Assembly (NCBI GenBank): GCA_024346625.1
Contig: AP024665.1
Span: 1,240,001 to 1,304,000 of the forward strand
DNA from: Williopsis jadinii
Taxonomy: Eukaryota
Reading direction: 5' to 3'
DNA: 64,000 bases
Numbering within the stretch: the stretch's first letter is position 1; each line of letters starts with the position of its first letter. Shown piece by piece: positions 12,072 through 23,295 of this stretch. The notes beneath the pieces are model-generated. The model saw nothing but the letters and a program-made list of their open reading frames with translations. It did not search any database and was not told where the DNA came from. The position numbers and the translations under genes are program-made.

Positions 12072-12881
12072 TCAGGCACGCTTTGCACCTGGCAAAGGCC
12101 ATGCCTTGATGGTGATGTAACTGTTCTCCTTTGTAGCAATACCAGCAAAGGCATTGTACCATGCGATGAATGCGGTGATAACACCAAAGACACCACCAGC
12201 TCTAGTAACGCCAACACGACGTGTGAAATCACCAATCGTCAACAACAAGAAGGTGATCTCCAAGAAGAAGAACAAGGAGAAGAAGGAAACGGTGGACTTG
12301 ACGGTACAGAGCAAAATCATAAAGGTGAAAATGGTCCAGCCGAGCAAGAAGAAGGAAACCGCGTTGGCAAGTTCAATTGGGTCGGTATAGGCGCTCTTGA
12401 TACCAAACCAGTCAATCTGAATAGCACCCCAACTCATCCAGAAACCACCGTACGACGACAAGGCAGTACCACCAAAGGTGTTGTCAAGGGCAATCTCCCA
12501 CATGCCAGCGAGCAACTGGACCAAGCCACCGTAAAAGAGCGCCAAACCAACGACAATGTTAGGAGTGGTGATACCCATGGCCCTGGCGTTGATCATCGAG
12601 AGAACAAACGTCGTCAAGGCAAAGGCGCACAACCCTAGCGGAGCTGGGTTGGCAAAACGACGTGGTGGCGTAGCGTGGATACCTGGTTGCAAATCACCTC
12701 CAAAGGCATTCCACAACTCGGAGCGGAGCACCTTTGTGCGCCCAATCATGATGTACTGGTCATTCTCCCCAGACGTGTACACCTTGGACACCGGGTGCGC
12801 CTCGTCTTCTGGACTGAACGTGTGGTTGTCATTGGACGAGTTTGGGGTAGCTTGCTTCTCAAGGTCAACGTTGGCGGCCAT
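12072..12881 (-). CDS. ADY2: Acetate/ammonium transporter, ATO/GPR1-FUN34-YaaH family
   Basis: AFGGDLQPG, FANPAPLGLCAFALTT, SSYGGFW signatures; exact ATO paralog uncertain. Confidence 0.88.
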   Translation of the reverse strand: MAANVDLEKQATPNSSNDNHTFSPEDEAHPVSKVYTSGENDQYIMIGRTKVLRSELWNAFGGDLQPGIHATPPRRFANPAPLGLCAFALTTFVLSMINARAMGITTPNIVVGLALFYGGLVQLLAGMWEIALDNTFGGTALSSYGGFWMSWGAIQIDWFGIKSAYTDPIELANAVSFFLLGWTIFTFMILLCTVKSTVSFFSLFFFLEITFLLLTIGDFTRRVGVTRAGGVFGVITAFIAWYNAFAGIATKENSYITIKAWPLPGAKRA

Positions 12882-14849
12882 CTTGTTTGCTTTGTAAGTT
12901 TAAAAGTATCGAGTCTCCTGTGTGTGTATGTTTAGCAGCAGGGAAAACAGCGTGTTTTCTAGTTCAGGAGTACTGAGTATATTTGCGTTCTGTGTGCGAT
13001 GCTACAAGAGATCTTGCAACGCACAAATGTAAAACAATGCGACGATGGACCGGTATTTATACACCGCATCTCACCTCCATCACCAACCACCGTGTTACAT
13101 GAAACCAGCAACTTGTCCAGCAACTCGACCTTCTTACAACAAGAGGCTACCACTGTAACTGGGGCAAAATGCAGCATGACAAAGAGCCCACAACAGCGCT
13201 GGAGAAGCGCGCATTCAAACAACGAAAAAGAAATTTTGTGGGGCATGGAGCGGCTTTCGCCTTTGACAAACTTGTGGGAGAGCACAATCGATCTGCTGTT
13301 GGCTGTCTCTTTACCCCAGAAAAGGGTCCCACACTAGTGCCACTGGCGTGCACTTCCGCTCTCTGAAGAGATGTACAGCGCATACGCACCGCAATGGGGG
13401 ACTTTTTGCCTTTCCAGGGAGTTGGTGGGGTAACTGGTGGACCCACAATCCATAGTCACCGTGGTGAGAGGGCTTACCAAGTGGTGTAACTGCGTTGTGG
13501 GTGATTGGATGATTACGACTTTTAGTCTCGCACATACAACAGTGTGTCCTTTAGCAGAGATGGCCGCGGGCAACATGGCGGGGTATACGCTTTGTTCAGT
13601 GGCATGGGATGAGCTTGTGGGCGGGGGGGGGGGAAAGAGAGGGAGCATCCACCTAATCCATGGCGTTGGTGCTGTTGGACGGAGTCCAACGTGCAAAAGT
13701 CAAGCACAATGGGGCCGGGGCCGTTGACGCTTTCCCAATAGGCCATCGGCGTCCTGGCGTATGTGCCTTTGTTTCTTTCCGCGCTCCCTTATGCTGGCGA
13801 GGGCTTGGTTTGTAGGACACCGCAGCGGGTTCGTACGCTGTCCGCCGTTCGTTCGAGGGCCAGGGCCCACCAGGTTGTACGAACTACGTCGGAGTCCTGC
13901 CTGCTTCTCGATGTGCACATTATATGGCCGGTACGTATGTTGATCAGCTACGTTCCGCAGGGTGGCTCCTGGACGTGGGCTGCCCCCAATACACCAGGCG
14001 GGTTGCTGGTTGTAGATTTTAGTTGGCAGCATCCCATGCTGTGAATTGCTATTTAGGCAGCGCTAATAGACAGATGGCTGACGCTATCAACCCCCGCCCA
14101 CTGTGCGAACGGCTGGAGGCTTCGTGGAGCTTCCAATCAGCGCGCTTGAAAGCCCGCCCAGTGGTGTTCTGATTCGTCCTTCGTCCGCTGTGGGCCTTTG
14201 GCAGACGTCCAGATACGCAACTACGACAGTGAATGCCGTGGAGATAAGAACCTGGCCACTTGCAACATACCTCTTCTCCGCCAGAAGGAAAGGTTGATGA
14301 TGGATGTGTGACCCTTAAGCCGTCACAACGGTTGAGGGACCAACAAAAAATGAAGACGCATACATCGAGTATCTAGCAAAGCACACTAACGGAGGAGCCA
14401 TGTAGAGCGATGCACCCTGTTCAGTGTCCACTGGGAACTGTGGAAATCTTGTCAGCATGGAGTGCTGAAGCCAAGAATACGGTCAAATGGCATGTTGCAT
14501 CAAGAGGTGGGGCAACCAGGGCACAGTGTACGTGTTGATGCTTCCCAGGGACACACATACCGTTCTCAACAAGAGACGAAAAGAAACAAGACGTTGTGCA
14601 GCACAGGGTAACAAGAGCCTATGCTTCCTCATTTGCAACCTTGTGGATAAAAGGAACAAGGTCCTTGTGGTGATTCCCCGTTTCTCTCGTACGTTGCGCG
14701 TATTTGTCTTGATATCACACGTATGTCTGTGAACACTGTGGGTGCGCGTTGCCTTGTTGAGGCTTCTCCACAATGCTCGTGGGTATCGAAAGATGAGGGT
14801 GATTATCGTGGGTAACGAGATATCACTGTAATCTTCATTGAAACTGCGT

Positions 14850-15854
14850 TCAAATCCTATCCTTATTGGGGCTTCCCTCAATGGTTCCCAGTGAACTGCT
14901 GAGCCTACCTGCAAGAGATGATAGCGCAGTTGAAGATGGGGAGTTTGGAATCCTTTTCCTGCTTTGCGATGACTCAGAAGACAGTACTGTTGATGTTGGC
15001 ATAGACACTGTCCTCACACGTTGGCCGCCTCTGGTGGTGATCTGGTCCTCTTTAAAGCTCCCCGTTGTGCTCAATAGTACGCCAACATTGGTGATTCCAG
15101 TGGTGGCACTCGTCTTGCGCTGAGCATTCCCAGAGTGTAAAGATCGTTTGATATTCTCCAGCTTGTGCTCCATGTTATGAGTCTGCGACAGTATCGTGTG
15201 CAGCTGCCTTAGAGAGTTGGACCGGTACATCGTCCTTGACGAGGTGGTCTGTGACTGCTTTACGTCTTTAGTCACTTGCGATCCATTGTTCTTCAGCTCA
15301 GTAAGCTCATTCTTGGTGTTTTGATGGGATAGTATCTCCTTGGAGAGCTGTTCTTTGACATCAACTAGGTCGTTTTCAAGCAGCACTGCCCTTTCCTCAC
15401 AGGACTCCAACTTTTCGAGCAGTTCGTCATAATCGCTTTGCAAATTTCTCTCCATTTGCTGGATATTCTCGTTTTGAATATCCTTTTCAACCAATTGTCG
15501 TTGTCTCCTGCTAAGTTCCTCTTCTAGCTCTTTGATACGCGCCTTAAACACCAACTTTTCACTCTCTGACTGTTGTTTATAACGCACAAATTCCTCCCTC
15601 GAAGTGGATAGATCTGATTCAGCCTTCTTAACGTCACCTTGTAGCTTGATGTTCTCCCTTTCAAGTGAATCTAACTCCTGCTCCAACTCCTTTTCCAATT
15701 CATAACTCGAAGTCTGGAACTCTGAGAGCTCTGTCTCCAAGAGTTTGATCGCTTCAATAGCACTATTCAGATCTCGGTACTTTATAGACAGCACAGGAGA
15801 GTCAACAGCTCCATCCAAAGTGTGTGACTTGGTCGGTGTGTGAAAGTCACTCAT
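14850..15854 (-). CDS. NudE/Ndl1-like coiled-coil dynein regulator
   Basis: ELSEFQTSSYELEKELEQEL NUDE signature, long coiled coil, S/T-rich tail; first ATG 15854. Confidence 0.8.
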   Translation of the reverse strand: MSDFHTPTKSHTLDGAVDSPVLSIKYRDLNSAIEAIKLLETELSEFQTSSYELEKELEQELDSLERENIKLQGDVKKAESDLSTSREEFVRYKQQSESEKLVFKARIKELEEELSRRQRQLVEKDIQNENIQQMERNLQSDYDELLEKLESCEERAVLLENDLVDVKEQLSKEILSHQNTKNELTELKNNGSQVTKDVKQSQTTSSRTMYRSNSLRQLHTILSQTHNMEHKLENIKRSLHSGNAQRKTSATTGITNVGVLLSTTGSFKEDQITTRGGQRVRTVSMPTSTVLSSESSQSRKRIPNSPSSTALSSLAGRLSSSLGTIEGSPNKDRI

Positions 15855-16051
15855 CTGAATACTGATGTTGTCCACTGTCCTGAGCACTGGATGTGATGGT
15901 TGGAGTAAACAAGCATTGCCGGGGTGATGAAAAAAAAATACTCAAAGCTAATAGAGAGCACCACATCAAGATCCGATATCTTCCTCTTCTACGCAACAGA
16001 ACAAAGAATGTTTAGTTGTTTGATTGTAGCATATATACACGGGTTAAATAT

Positions 16052-17761
16052 TTAAATATGTGTTCTGATCCACAGTTTCCACTCGTATCCCTTTAAACTC
16101 CACCACCATCCATACCACCTCATCACAGCACCGATTCTCTCAAAGGCACAATGGAAATATCCAGAAACCCTCTTCGTTACTCCCAGATTGGAGTACGACA
16201 TCTCCTCCTGTGCAATTAGTTCCATATCCTCTTCATACGCAGTATTTGCACAGTACTGGGCGGAGATTAAGAATACACGCTCAGGTTGTGGATTTTGTAG
16301 GACTTCGTCTAGATGTCTCACCAGATCGTTGGTCTTTAGGATTAACAGAACGACACGTGGCATGCTTGAAAGAATAGACATGAGATCAACCAAGAGGCCC
16401 TGTGAAGTCAGCGCACTCTTCATGTTCTCAATCTCGCTATCGTCACGAAGCTTAGAAGTATCGTAGTTCAATGCCGTGTCGATGTCACGGCCAGTGATCG
16501 CAGCAGCAAACACCGGAAACTGTTCTGGTGTGATCTTTGCAAATTGTATGGCATGCTTCTCCATACCTTCCCTATCACGTTTCAGCAACGCCAGCCAGAA
16601 TCTTGCGTAGTCACGACGCATTTGCAGGGTTACATCACGGTAGAGCCCATGGTCATAGAGGATGATTTCATAGTTATGTGGGTTGTTCCCAGATGGTGGA
16701 CATGCTCTCAATGCCAGATTTCCACCATGTGGATCACAGTGAATGCCTACACCCGGTGTAAAGATCATGTTGTTGAAGATATGGGCCAGACATGCAGAAA
16801 CCTCTGATCTGTCAATTCCATTGGCCTTCATGTATGACAAGTCATCCAATCTAGCACCTGGTAGAAATTCCATGATCAAAACACGAGGGGAGGATACAAG
16901 GATCTTTGGTATTCTCAGAGCAGTCAAACTGGTGAATTTTTGAAAGTATTCAGAGGTACGACGTGCGTTATCAGTTTCATTAGTGAAGTCCAATTCCACG
17001 TAGATCGAAGATTGCAACTCATCGCCTAACCAAACAAGTGGATACTCTGGGAAGACTTTGTCGAGCAGTTGAAACACTGTTTGCGTTAAAAACACATCTA
17101 AAGGAACAAACTCTTTCAGACTTGGATGTTGGCACTTCACAGCAACTTTTTCACCACTGCTTCTTAACTTTGCAACGTGAACTTGTGCCAAACTTGCTGA
17201 TCCTATCGGTTTATAGTCGAATTCCTCAAATAGCTCATCGATGGATCTTCCCAGATCGTGCTTCAACATCTCATTGATATCTTCCACTGACGACACAGGG
17301 CATCGATCCTGGAGAGAAATCATCGTCGAAGTCCACTCATCTGGTAATAGATAGGTCATCGCCCCGATATGCTGGCCAAGTTTGATGTAAACACCACCAT
17401 TCTTCTCCAGTGCCTCCAGGGTAATCTTTGCACACTTCAAGTGGCATTGGCTCAACGCTGTGTATCTCTCATCCTCTGAGACATAATTCGAGCCCAGCAC
17501 CTTCTTGTACTCCCAAAAGCATCGCATCGTGGCCCACGTAACAACGTTAACACGGCCAGCAGTGAGGTATGTGTGCTTTATGGAGTCATGGACAGTGTCG
17601 TTGGTGAAATACGCCAATGTTGTAGCACCAATGATGGTCCCAGTGATGACCTTGCCTTTGTTCTCGCTGAACTTGAAGGACCTTGCTGTTCGAGAGGAGG
17701 AGGACATCCCCCTATAACCTCTCAAACAGCTCGCCATGTTACCAACAGATCTGCGAAACAT
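16052..17761 (-). CDS. MCP2: Mitochondrial ABC1/UbiB atypical kinase (MCP2/CQD2, ADCK1-like)
   Basis: Presequence-like N-terminus, GGVYIKLGQ, SASLAQVH, VAVKCQHP, HCDPHGGN, YDHGLY. Confidence 0.85.
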   Translation of the reverse strand: MFRRSVGNMASCLRGYRGMSSSSRTARSFKFSENKGKVITGTIIGATTLAYFTNDTVHDSIKHTYLTAGRVNVVTWATMRCFWEYKKVLGSNYVSEDERYTALSQCHLKCAKITLEALEKNGGVYIKLGQHIGAMTYLLPDEWTSTMISLQDRCPVSSVEDINEMLKHDLGRSIDELFEEFDYKPIGSASLAQVHVAKLRSSGEKVAVKCQHPSLKEFVPLDVFLTQTVFQLLDKVFPEYPLVWLGDELQSSIYVELDFTNETDNARRTSEYFQKFTSLTALRIPKILVSSPRVLIMEFLPGARLDDLSYMKANGIDRSEVSACLAHIFNNMIFTPGVGIHCDPHGGNLALRACPPSGNNPHNYEIILYDHGLYRDVTLQMRRDYARFWLALLKRDREGMEKHAIQFAKITPEQFPVFAAAITGRDIDTALNYDTSKLRDDSEIENMKSALTSQGLLVDLMSILSSMPRVVLLILKTNDLVRHLDEVLQNPQPERVFLISAQYCANTAYEEDMELIAQEEMSYSNLGVTKRVSGYFHCAFERIGAVMRWYGWWWSLKGYEWKLWIRTHI

Positions 17762-17934
17762 AATAGCACTCCCTTCTCGCTAATCTATGCTCCGTTTCTG
17801 GCTTCTGAAAGGGTTGTTACTGTTGCTCTCTCTAACTTACTCCCTCTGTCTCTTGAGATGGTTTTGATGCTGTCTTTTTTTCCCTCCGGGGTGTCAACAA
17901 AGCTACGCTCCGGTCACCTTGTCGCTATTCGTCA

Positions 17935-18660
17935 ATGCTGTTGATAAAGCATAGAAGGAAACGCCACCTTCAGAGTGAGTGTGAGGAAAGTGACCTGGAT
18001 GAGAGCGAAGTCGAGGCGCATGAGGTTGTGTGCCATGAGCAGGGGAACGTTGAAGGTGATGACGGTCAGCGGGAGGTGAACACTTATAGCTCGGACGAGA
18101 AGACCAGCGAGTACAGCGATGCCAGTGATAGTGATAGTGACAGGTATGACGAACAATATCAGCATGTCGATATTCGGTATGAAGAGCAGCAAGTGATGCT
18201 AGCTAAGTACACCGCTGACGAGTTGAGCGGCAAGGGCAATGTTGATGCTGCTGAACTGCAAACACGCCATGTCGAGGCCAAGAAGAAGCTGTCGTCTTCA
18301 TGGAGCGCCATCATAGACAAGTACTCGAGATACGGCTTGGAGTCTCAAGGCGATACTGTTGATCTCATGGATATGTCCATTGTTGAAGACGTGGGCCATC
18401 TAAAGGGCTTGAACACGAGACTTCAAGACGTTTGGGACCCGTATACTGACGAAGATGAAGAACAAGGCCAGGCAGACCCTTCCAGGGATCCCATCTCGCT
18501 GTTGATGGAAAGAAGCCCTCAAAAGAAGTACAAGAGGTCACCGCAGAGACTTTCTGAGCAGCCCGCCATGCCAGACTCCCAGCGAGAGGTGTCTCCTAGT
18601 ACCGCTGCATTGCCTCGTGCCTGTAATCTTGAGCAAACGGCACAGGGTCAGCGACGATGA
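17935..18660 (+). CDS. SCM3: Centromeric histone (Cse4/CENP-A) chaperone Scm3
   Basis: Scm3 domain KKLSSSWSAIIDKYS...QGDTVDLMDMSIVEDVGHLKGL after an acidic N-terminus. Confidence 0.8.
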   Translation: MLLIKHRRKRHLQSECEESDLDESEVEAHEVVCHEQGNVEGDDGQREVNTYSSDEKTSEYSDASDSDSDRYDEQYQHVDIRYEEQQVMLAKYTADELSGKGNVDAAELQTRHVEAKKKLSSSWSAIIDKYSRYGLESQGDTVDLMDMSIVEDVGHLKGLNTRLQDVWDPYTDEDEEQGQADPSRDPISLLMERSPQKKYKRSPQRLSEQPAMPDSQREVSPSTAALPRACNLEQTAQGQRR

Positions 18661-18878
18661 TACGATGTTATAGAAACGACTACAATGTTATCATACACAC
18701 TTGGTCACCAAGTGGTGTCATATATTTCTTCTGCGTCGGTTAATATAGATGATTGTTTACCTTTTTGATGCCCAATGCTGTAGAACGCAGTATACGTACA
18801 CGGATGTAAACAAAGAAAAATATGATGATAAGTTGATCTGGTGATTGAGGATAAGGCAAGCTAGCGGGGCCAGACAAG

Positions 18879-18963
18879 ATGGAAGAGGAGAAGGTTGATG
18901 AGCAAGATGGACAGCGTAGTGCTGAAGAGGATGTTGAGGAGGAAGTGGAGTCTCAGCAGCAGC

Positions 18964-19042
<79 letters not shown>

Positions 19043-21452
19043 CTCCGTGAAATCGAGAAAGCTCATCACATTGCAAAAGTACACAATATATGAAACTGAC
19101 AACAGACTCTACGTTGTGGGCAGCAACAGAAGAGAAACCATGTTCAGGGTCATGGAGATCGACCTCACCGTTCCTGAAGACACCCTCTCCATAGTTGAAG
19201 ATAACGTCTTCTTCACAAGAAAGGAGAGCATGGAGGTGCTCAATGGCTTGAAAGATGCCAACCCTGAGTTCGATAAGAAGCTCACAGGATATGGATTGCT
19301 GGGGTTTATCAGGTTCACCAAGTGCTACTACCTGTGTGTCGTTACAAAGAGGTCGGTTGTTGCAGTGTTAGGTGGTCACCTCATCTATCATATTGACGAT
19401 ACAGAGCTGATACCGATATCAAGGGACTATAAGAAACCGGATAAACACTCAGAAGAGGCACGCTTCTTGATGACATTTGCCAATTTAGACCTGACAAAGA
19501 CGTTCTACTACAGTTATACCTATGATCTGACCAACACGCTACAACGGAACATTCTTCGGGAGAAGCAGAAGGCTATGGGGTTGCCTCAGTGTGCAAAGTT
19601 TCCCGATGAGTTCAACGAAAGGTTCATGTGGAACAGCTCGCTGCTGAAGCCTGTAACTGAGACATACGACCGTGTGTATGATTGGTTTCAACCTATTATC
19701 CACGGGTTTATAGATCAAGCGAATGTGGCGATATTCAGCAAGAGGGTCTATATAACAGTCATTGCAAGGAGATCTCACCATTTTGCAGGAGCGAGATTCT
19801 TGAAAAGAGGCGTTAATAACCAAGGCAATGTCGCTAACGAGGTGGAAACTGAACAGATCGTATCAGATATGGTGACGACGAGCTTCCACGATAGCAGATA
19901 TGGGTTCTTTAACAATCCAAGGTATACATCCTACGTTCAACACCGTGGCTCGATACCCTTGTATTGGTGTCAAGAAGTTCCAAATTTGAAATTGGCCAAA
20001 CCACCAATAGAAATTGACCTTGTGGATCCATTCTACACCTCTGCAGCGTTACACTTTGACGATCTGTTTAAGAGATACGATGCCCCGGTTCTGATATTGA
20101 ACCTAGTGAAGCAGAAGGAGAGGACACCGAGAGAATCCAAACTATCAAAGGCATTCGAGCAGTGTATCACGTACCTGAATGAATTTCTCCCAGTGAATGA
20201 AAAGATATCCTACACAGCATGGGATATGAGTCGGGCAAATAAATCTGATGGTCAAGACGTTATCGAGTTCCTCGAGGGGTATGCCGATGAGACCTTGAAG
20301 AAGACGAATTTCTTCCACAACGGCATAAGCCTGGACTCAACTAAACTGCAAGAGGGAATATGCCGTACCAATTGTATTGACTGTCTAGATCGTACAAATG
20401 CTGCACAGTTTGTCATTGGTAAAAGAGCTCTTGGTTATCAACTCCACGCCTTAGGCATCATCGAAGAAGTTTACATCGACTACGACTCAGATGTGGTTAA
20501 TATCTTTACTGAAATGTTCCATGACCATGGCGACACTATCGCACTGCAATACGGTGGTTCTCATTTGGTGAACACCATGGAGACCTATAGGAAGATTAAC
20601 CAATGGTCATCACATTCTAGAGATATGATTGAAAGTATCAAGAGATTCTACAGCAATTCATTTATCGATGCGCAAAGGCAAGAAGCTATTAACCTGTTTT
20701 TGGGGAACTATGTGTGGGAGCAAGGTAAGCCCATGCTGTGGGACTTGAATACTGACTATTACCTCCACAACATACATTCGTTGTCCAAGGACAAGCGCAG
20801 CTATCGCTATTGGTGGACAAAGGACAACCTGTTACGATTCAAGGACACATTCGATATACCAAAAGACGGAACAATTATTCCGAAATTAGATCCTTACCCA
20901 GGGTTCTTTGACAATTATTGGAACGAATACTATGTCCCTCGGAAGCAAGTTCACTTCGAACACAGTTTTGAAATCAATATGAATTCCACCTTGAGGTATA
21001 AGATTGACTCCATGACTGTTCAACAGGCGTGTGAGATTTCTCCCTTCAAGTCTAGAAAGCAGTCTTCGATCAATCACAAGTTGCGTAAAGCTGAGAAACT
21101 GAGGAACCTCCCCAAGGTTGAGCCTGTTGAAGAGGAGGAGAAACCCGTTGAGGCTTGTGAACTTTGTGTGTCCAGAAACCAGCTCAAGGAGCTTGAAGAG
21201 GCGAGTGAGATCTTCACTGATAAACCTTCAGAAGGCAATGATGGTTCTTATGAGATTTATAAAAGGGGCATTAGCGTTTCACCAGAGAGTATATCGATGT
21301 TTTCGGAGGTGTTTTCCGTCTACGGGAATGAAGCGGGCTTCATTGACAAATCTGATGATTATTACGTCGAGACTCCGATTATTGATGAGCAGGATGTAAT
21401 GCTTTATGAGAAAATGGTGAACTTGGACTGTAACCGTGGAATATTTTGCTAA
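18879..21452 (+). CDS. FIG4: PI(3,5)P2 5-phosphatase, Sac1 domain
   Basis: [26 protein letters not shown], catalytic [27 protein letters not shown]. Confidence 0.96.
18954..19040 (+). repeat. (CAG)3(CAA)26 trinucleotide microsatellite encoding a polyQ tract in FIG4
   Basis: 87-nt pure CAR run seen directly. Confidence 0.97.
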
Positions 21453-21460
21453 ATAGACGT

Positions 21461-22138
21461 TTATTGTGATAGAGACTTGAACGCTGAGTTTATGACCTTG
21501 GAGCACTCCGATGACGGCACAAGTTGGCACTGTTTGATAGCGTTTGCGGCCGCCAGTGTGTGTTTGAGATCATCCGTCTTGATCCATATCTTCCCGTTCA
21601 GGCCAATGGCGATTTCGAACTGGCATTTCTTGACAAGCTGGTTCAGCAGTGGGTAATTTGGGTTGAACAGTAGCGTTCTAGCGTAGGCCAACGAGACGTC
21701 AAAGACGTACCCTCCTTCAAGCAGACCGAAGCCACCGTCTTTGCCAGTGGTCGGATCTAAACACTCGATCTCCACGTCGATCTCTGGGATTGCACTGGAC
21801 ACACGGGCGTATACGAGAGAGCCAACCTTCAAGTTTGGTCTGTTTTTCTTTGAAGCATTAGGGAAGGCCATGGCACTCAGAGACACCGGGAACGAGAAGT
21901 TGGACAGTGACACACGGAAGGCATCACCAAACGACCCTGTGACGGTTCCAATGACATAATCGTTGGTTGAGGGAACGTAGCGGCGGCCATTCGACTCTAC
22001 GTGGATGGATTTGGAGTTCTCTTCGAGTATACCAGCTGTTACTGGGATGACGGAGCGGTTCCTTGTGAAGACAACGCCAGGACCCAGCGCCACGGAGTTT
22101 GCGACCTGTATAGAGTCGCCTGGTATGATGATGGACAT
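21461..22138 (-). CDS. RRP40: Exosome cap subunit Rrp40
   Basis: IIPGD, RYVPSTNDYVIG, FPNASKKNRPNLKVGSLVYARV, FEIAIGLNGKIW. Confidence 0.95.
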   Translation of the reverse strand: MSIIIPGDSIQVANSVALGPGVVFTRNRSVIPVTAGILEENSKSIHVESNGRRYVPSTNDYVIGTVTGSFGDAFRVSLSNFSFPVSLSAMAFPNASKKNRPNLKVGSLVYARVSSAIPEIDVEIECLDPTTGKDGGFGLLEGGYVFDVSLAYARTLLFNPNYPLLNQLVKKCQFEIAIGLNGKIWIKTDDLKHTLAAANAIKQCQLVPSSECSKVINSAFKSLSQ

Positions 22139-22282
22139 ACTGTATGTGAAGCGTTTAGAAGCAGAGAATAGAGAGCGAGCAAAGGGTCTGATGAGCTGAG
22201 ATCTCTGTTCAGAGGCTCATCGAAGAAGCCATAAGAAAAAAATTCACAGTGTGCAGTTCGCGATGTTTAGCCGCCATCACCA

Positions 22283-22323
22283 TGTAAACAAAGCAGTGTA
22301 AACAAAGCAGTGTAAACACAGCA
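22283..22323 (+). repeat. Three tandem 14-bp units TGTAAACAAAGCAG, each containing a forkhead-type GTAAACA
   Basis: Direct repeat immediately upstream of the APC11 ATG. Confidence 0.85.
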
Positions 22324-22325
22324 CA

Positions 22326-22731
22326 ATGAAGGTGAACATCAGGAAATGGAACGGGGTGGCGATATGGTCGTGGGATGTCCCCAAGGAGGAGGTATGTGGT
22401 ATCTGTCGGGCATCTTTCGACACGACTTGTTCCTCGTGCAAATTCCCTGGAGATCAATGTCCCTTAGGTAAGTGACGGTCTATGTCTTTTCCCCCATGCT
22501 GATGCGAATGGCCTGTAACGGGATGCTAACGCCTTTGTACTAGTGCTCGGTGTATGTACACATCGATTCCATACACACTGTATTGAGAAATGGCTTGAAG
22601 TTGAGACGTCGAAGAACCTGTGTCCCATGTGCCGGCAGTGGTTCCAGGAGAAGACGGACGATGGCGATGGTGGCACTGGTGCCCACGCCAATACGAGCGT
22701 CCACTCTTCCGACGTTGTGAGCACAACGTGA
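22326..22731 (+). CDS. APC11: APC/C RING-H2 subunit 11; intron 22468-22543
   Basis: MKVNIRKWNGVAIWSWD...CGICRASFDTTCSSCKFPGDQCPL|VLGVCTHRFHTHCIEKWL...CPMCRQ; intron GTAAGT...TGCTAAC...TAG. Confidence 0.93.
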
Positions 22732-23223
22732 GCTGGTCTGCGCAGTTGGAGTCACTGCATCACGATGCTGTCGTTGTATATGGATCAGCTGGAGGCTGTA
22801 CGTTATTGCTCTGGACTCTAGAGATGCCGGTAAGAATTCGACTGCTTTTTGTCTATTGCATCGCTGTGTCTTGCAAATCTCATGACTCGATTACAGAAAA
22901 TACATGTCTAATGGTTTAGAGCGGATTCACTCATTGTACTAGAAGCACAAGATGGGATGAAGGTTAGCAGATGATCTGAGAGTGTGTATAAGGCTCAAGA
23001 GTCGGTTGTGAAGAAACCGTTAGAGGTCATCGCCAGATGGCGTGTTTCACCGGGTTGAAGCATGAAACATACTTGGATCTCAGACCACAATAGATTGCTG
23101 GCTTATAATAGCACGGCGCTGAGGCATAAATACAGCTTATACGGTGATACTTGCTGAGGGAGTGTATCCCAACACATCAGCTGTACGGGACCTAAAATGA
23201 AAGCCCTTTCTTGACAACTCTGC

Positions 23224-23295
23224 GCCGTTATAGTATAGTGGTTAGTACAGGTCGTTGTGGCCGACCAGACCCAGGTTCGATTCCAGGTAACGGCA
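23224..23295 (+). tRNA. tRNA-His(GTG)
   Basis: GCCGTTA...TAACGGCA acceptor stem, anticodon loop TTGTGGC, long T-run terminator; one A:A mismatch in T-stem. Confidence 0.93.

Noticed and set aside
13674..13690. GTTGGAC-GGA-GTCCAAC palindrome and nearby G-tract in the ADY2 upstream region
   Set aside because: Short enough to arise by chance; no supporting context
9400..14800. Many short ORFs flanking ADY2 and upstream of SAT4
   Set aside because: No motifs or codon bias; consistent with long regulatory regions; no ncRNA could be supported
18861..19076. Poly-Leu ORF, likewise the Leu-rich ORF 26921-27424
   Set aside because: Antisense translations of CAA/CAG repeats
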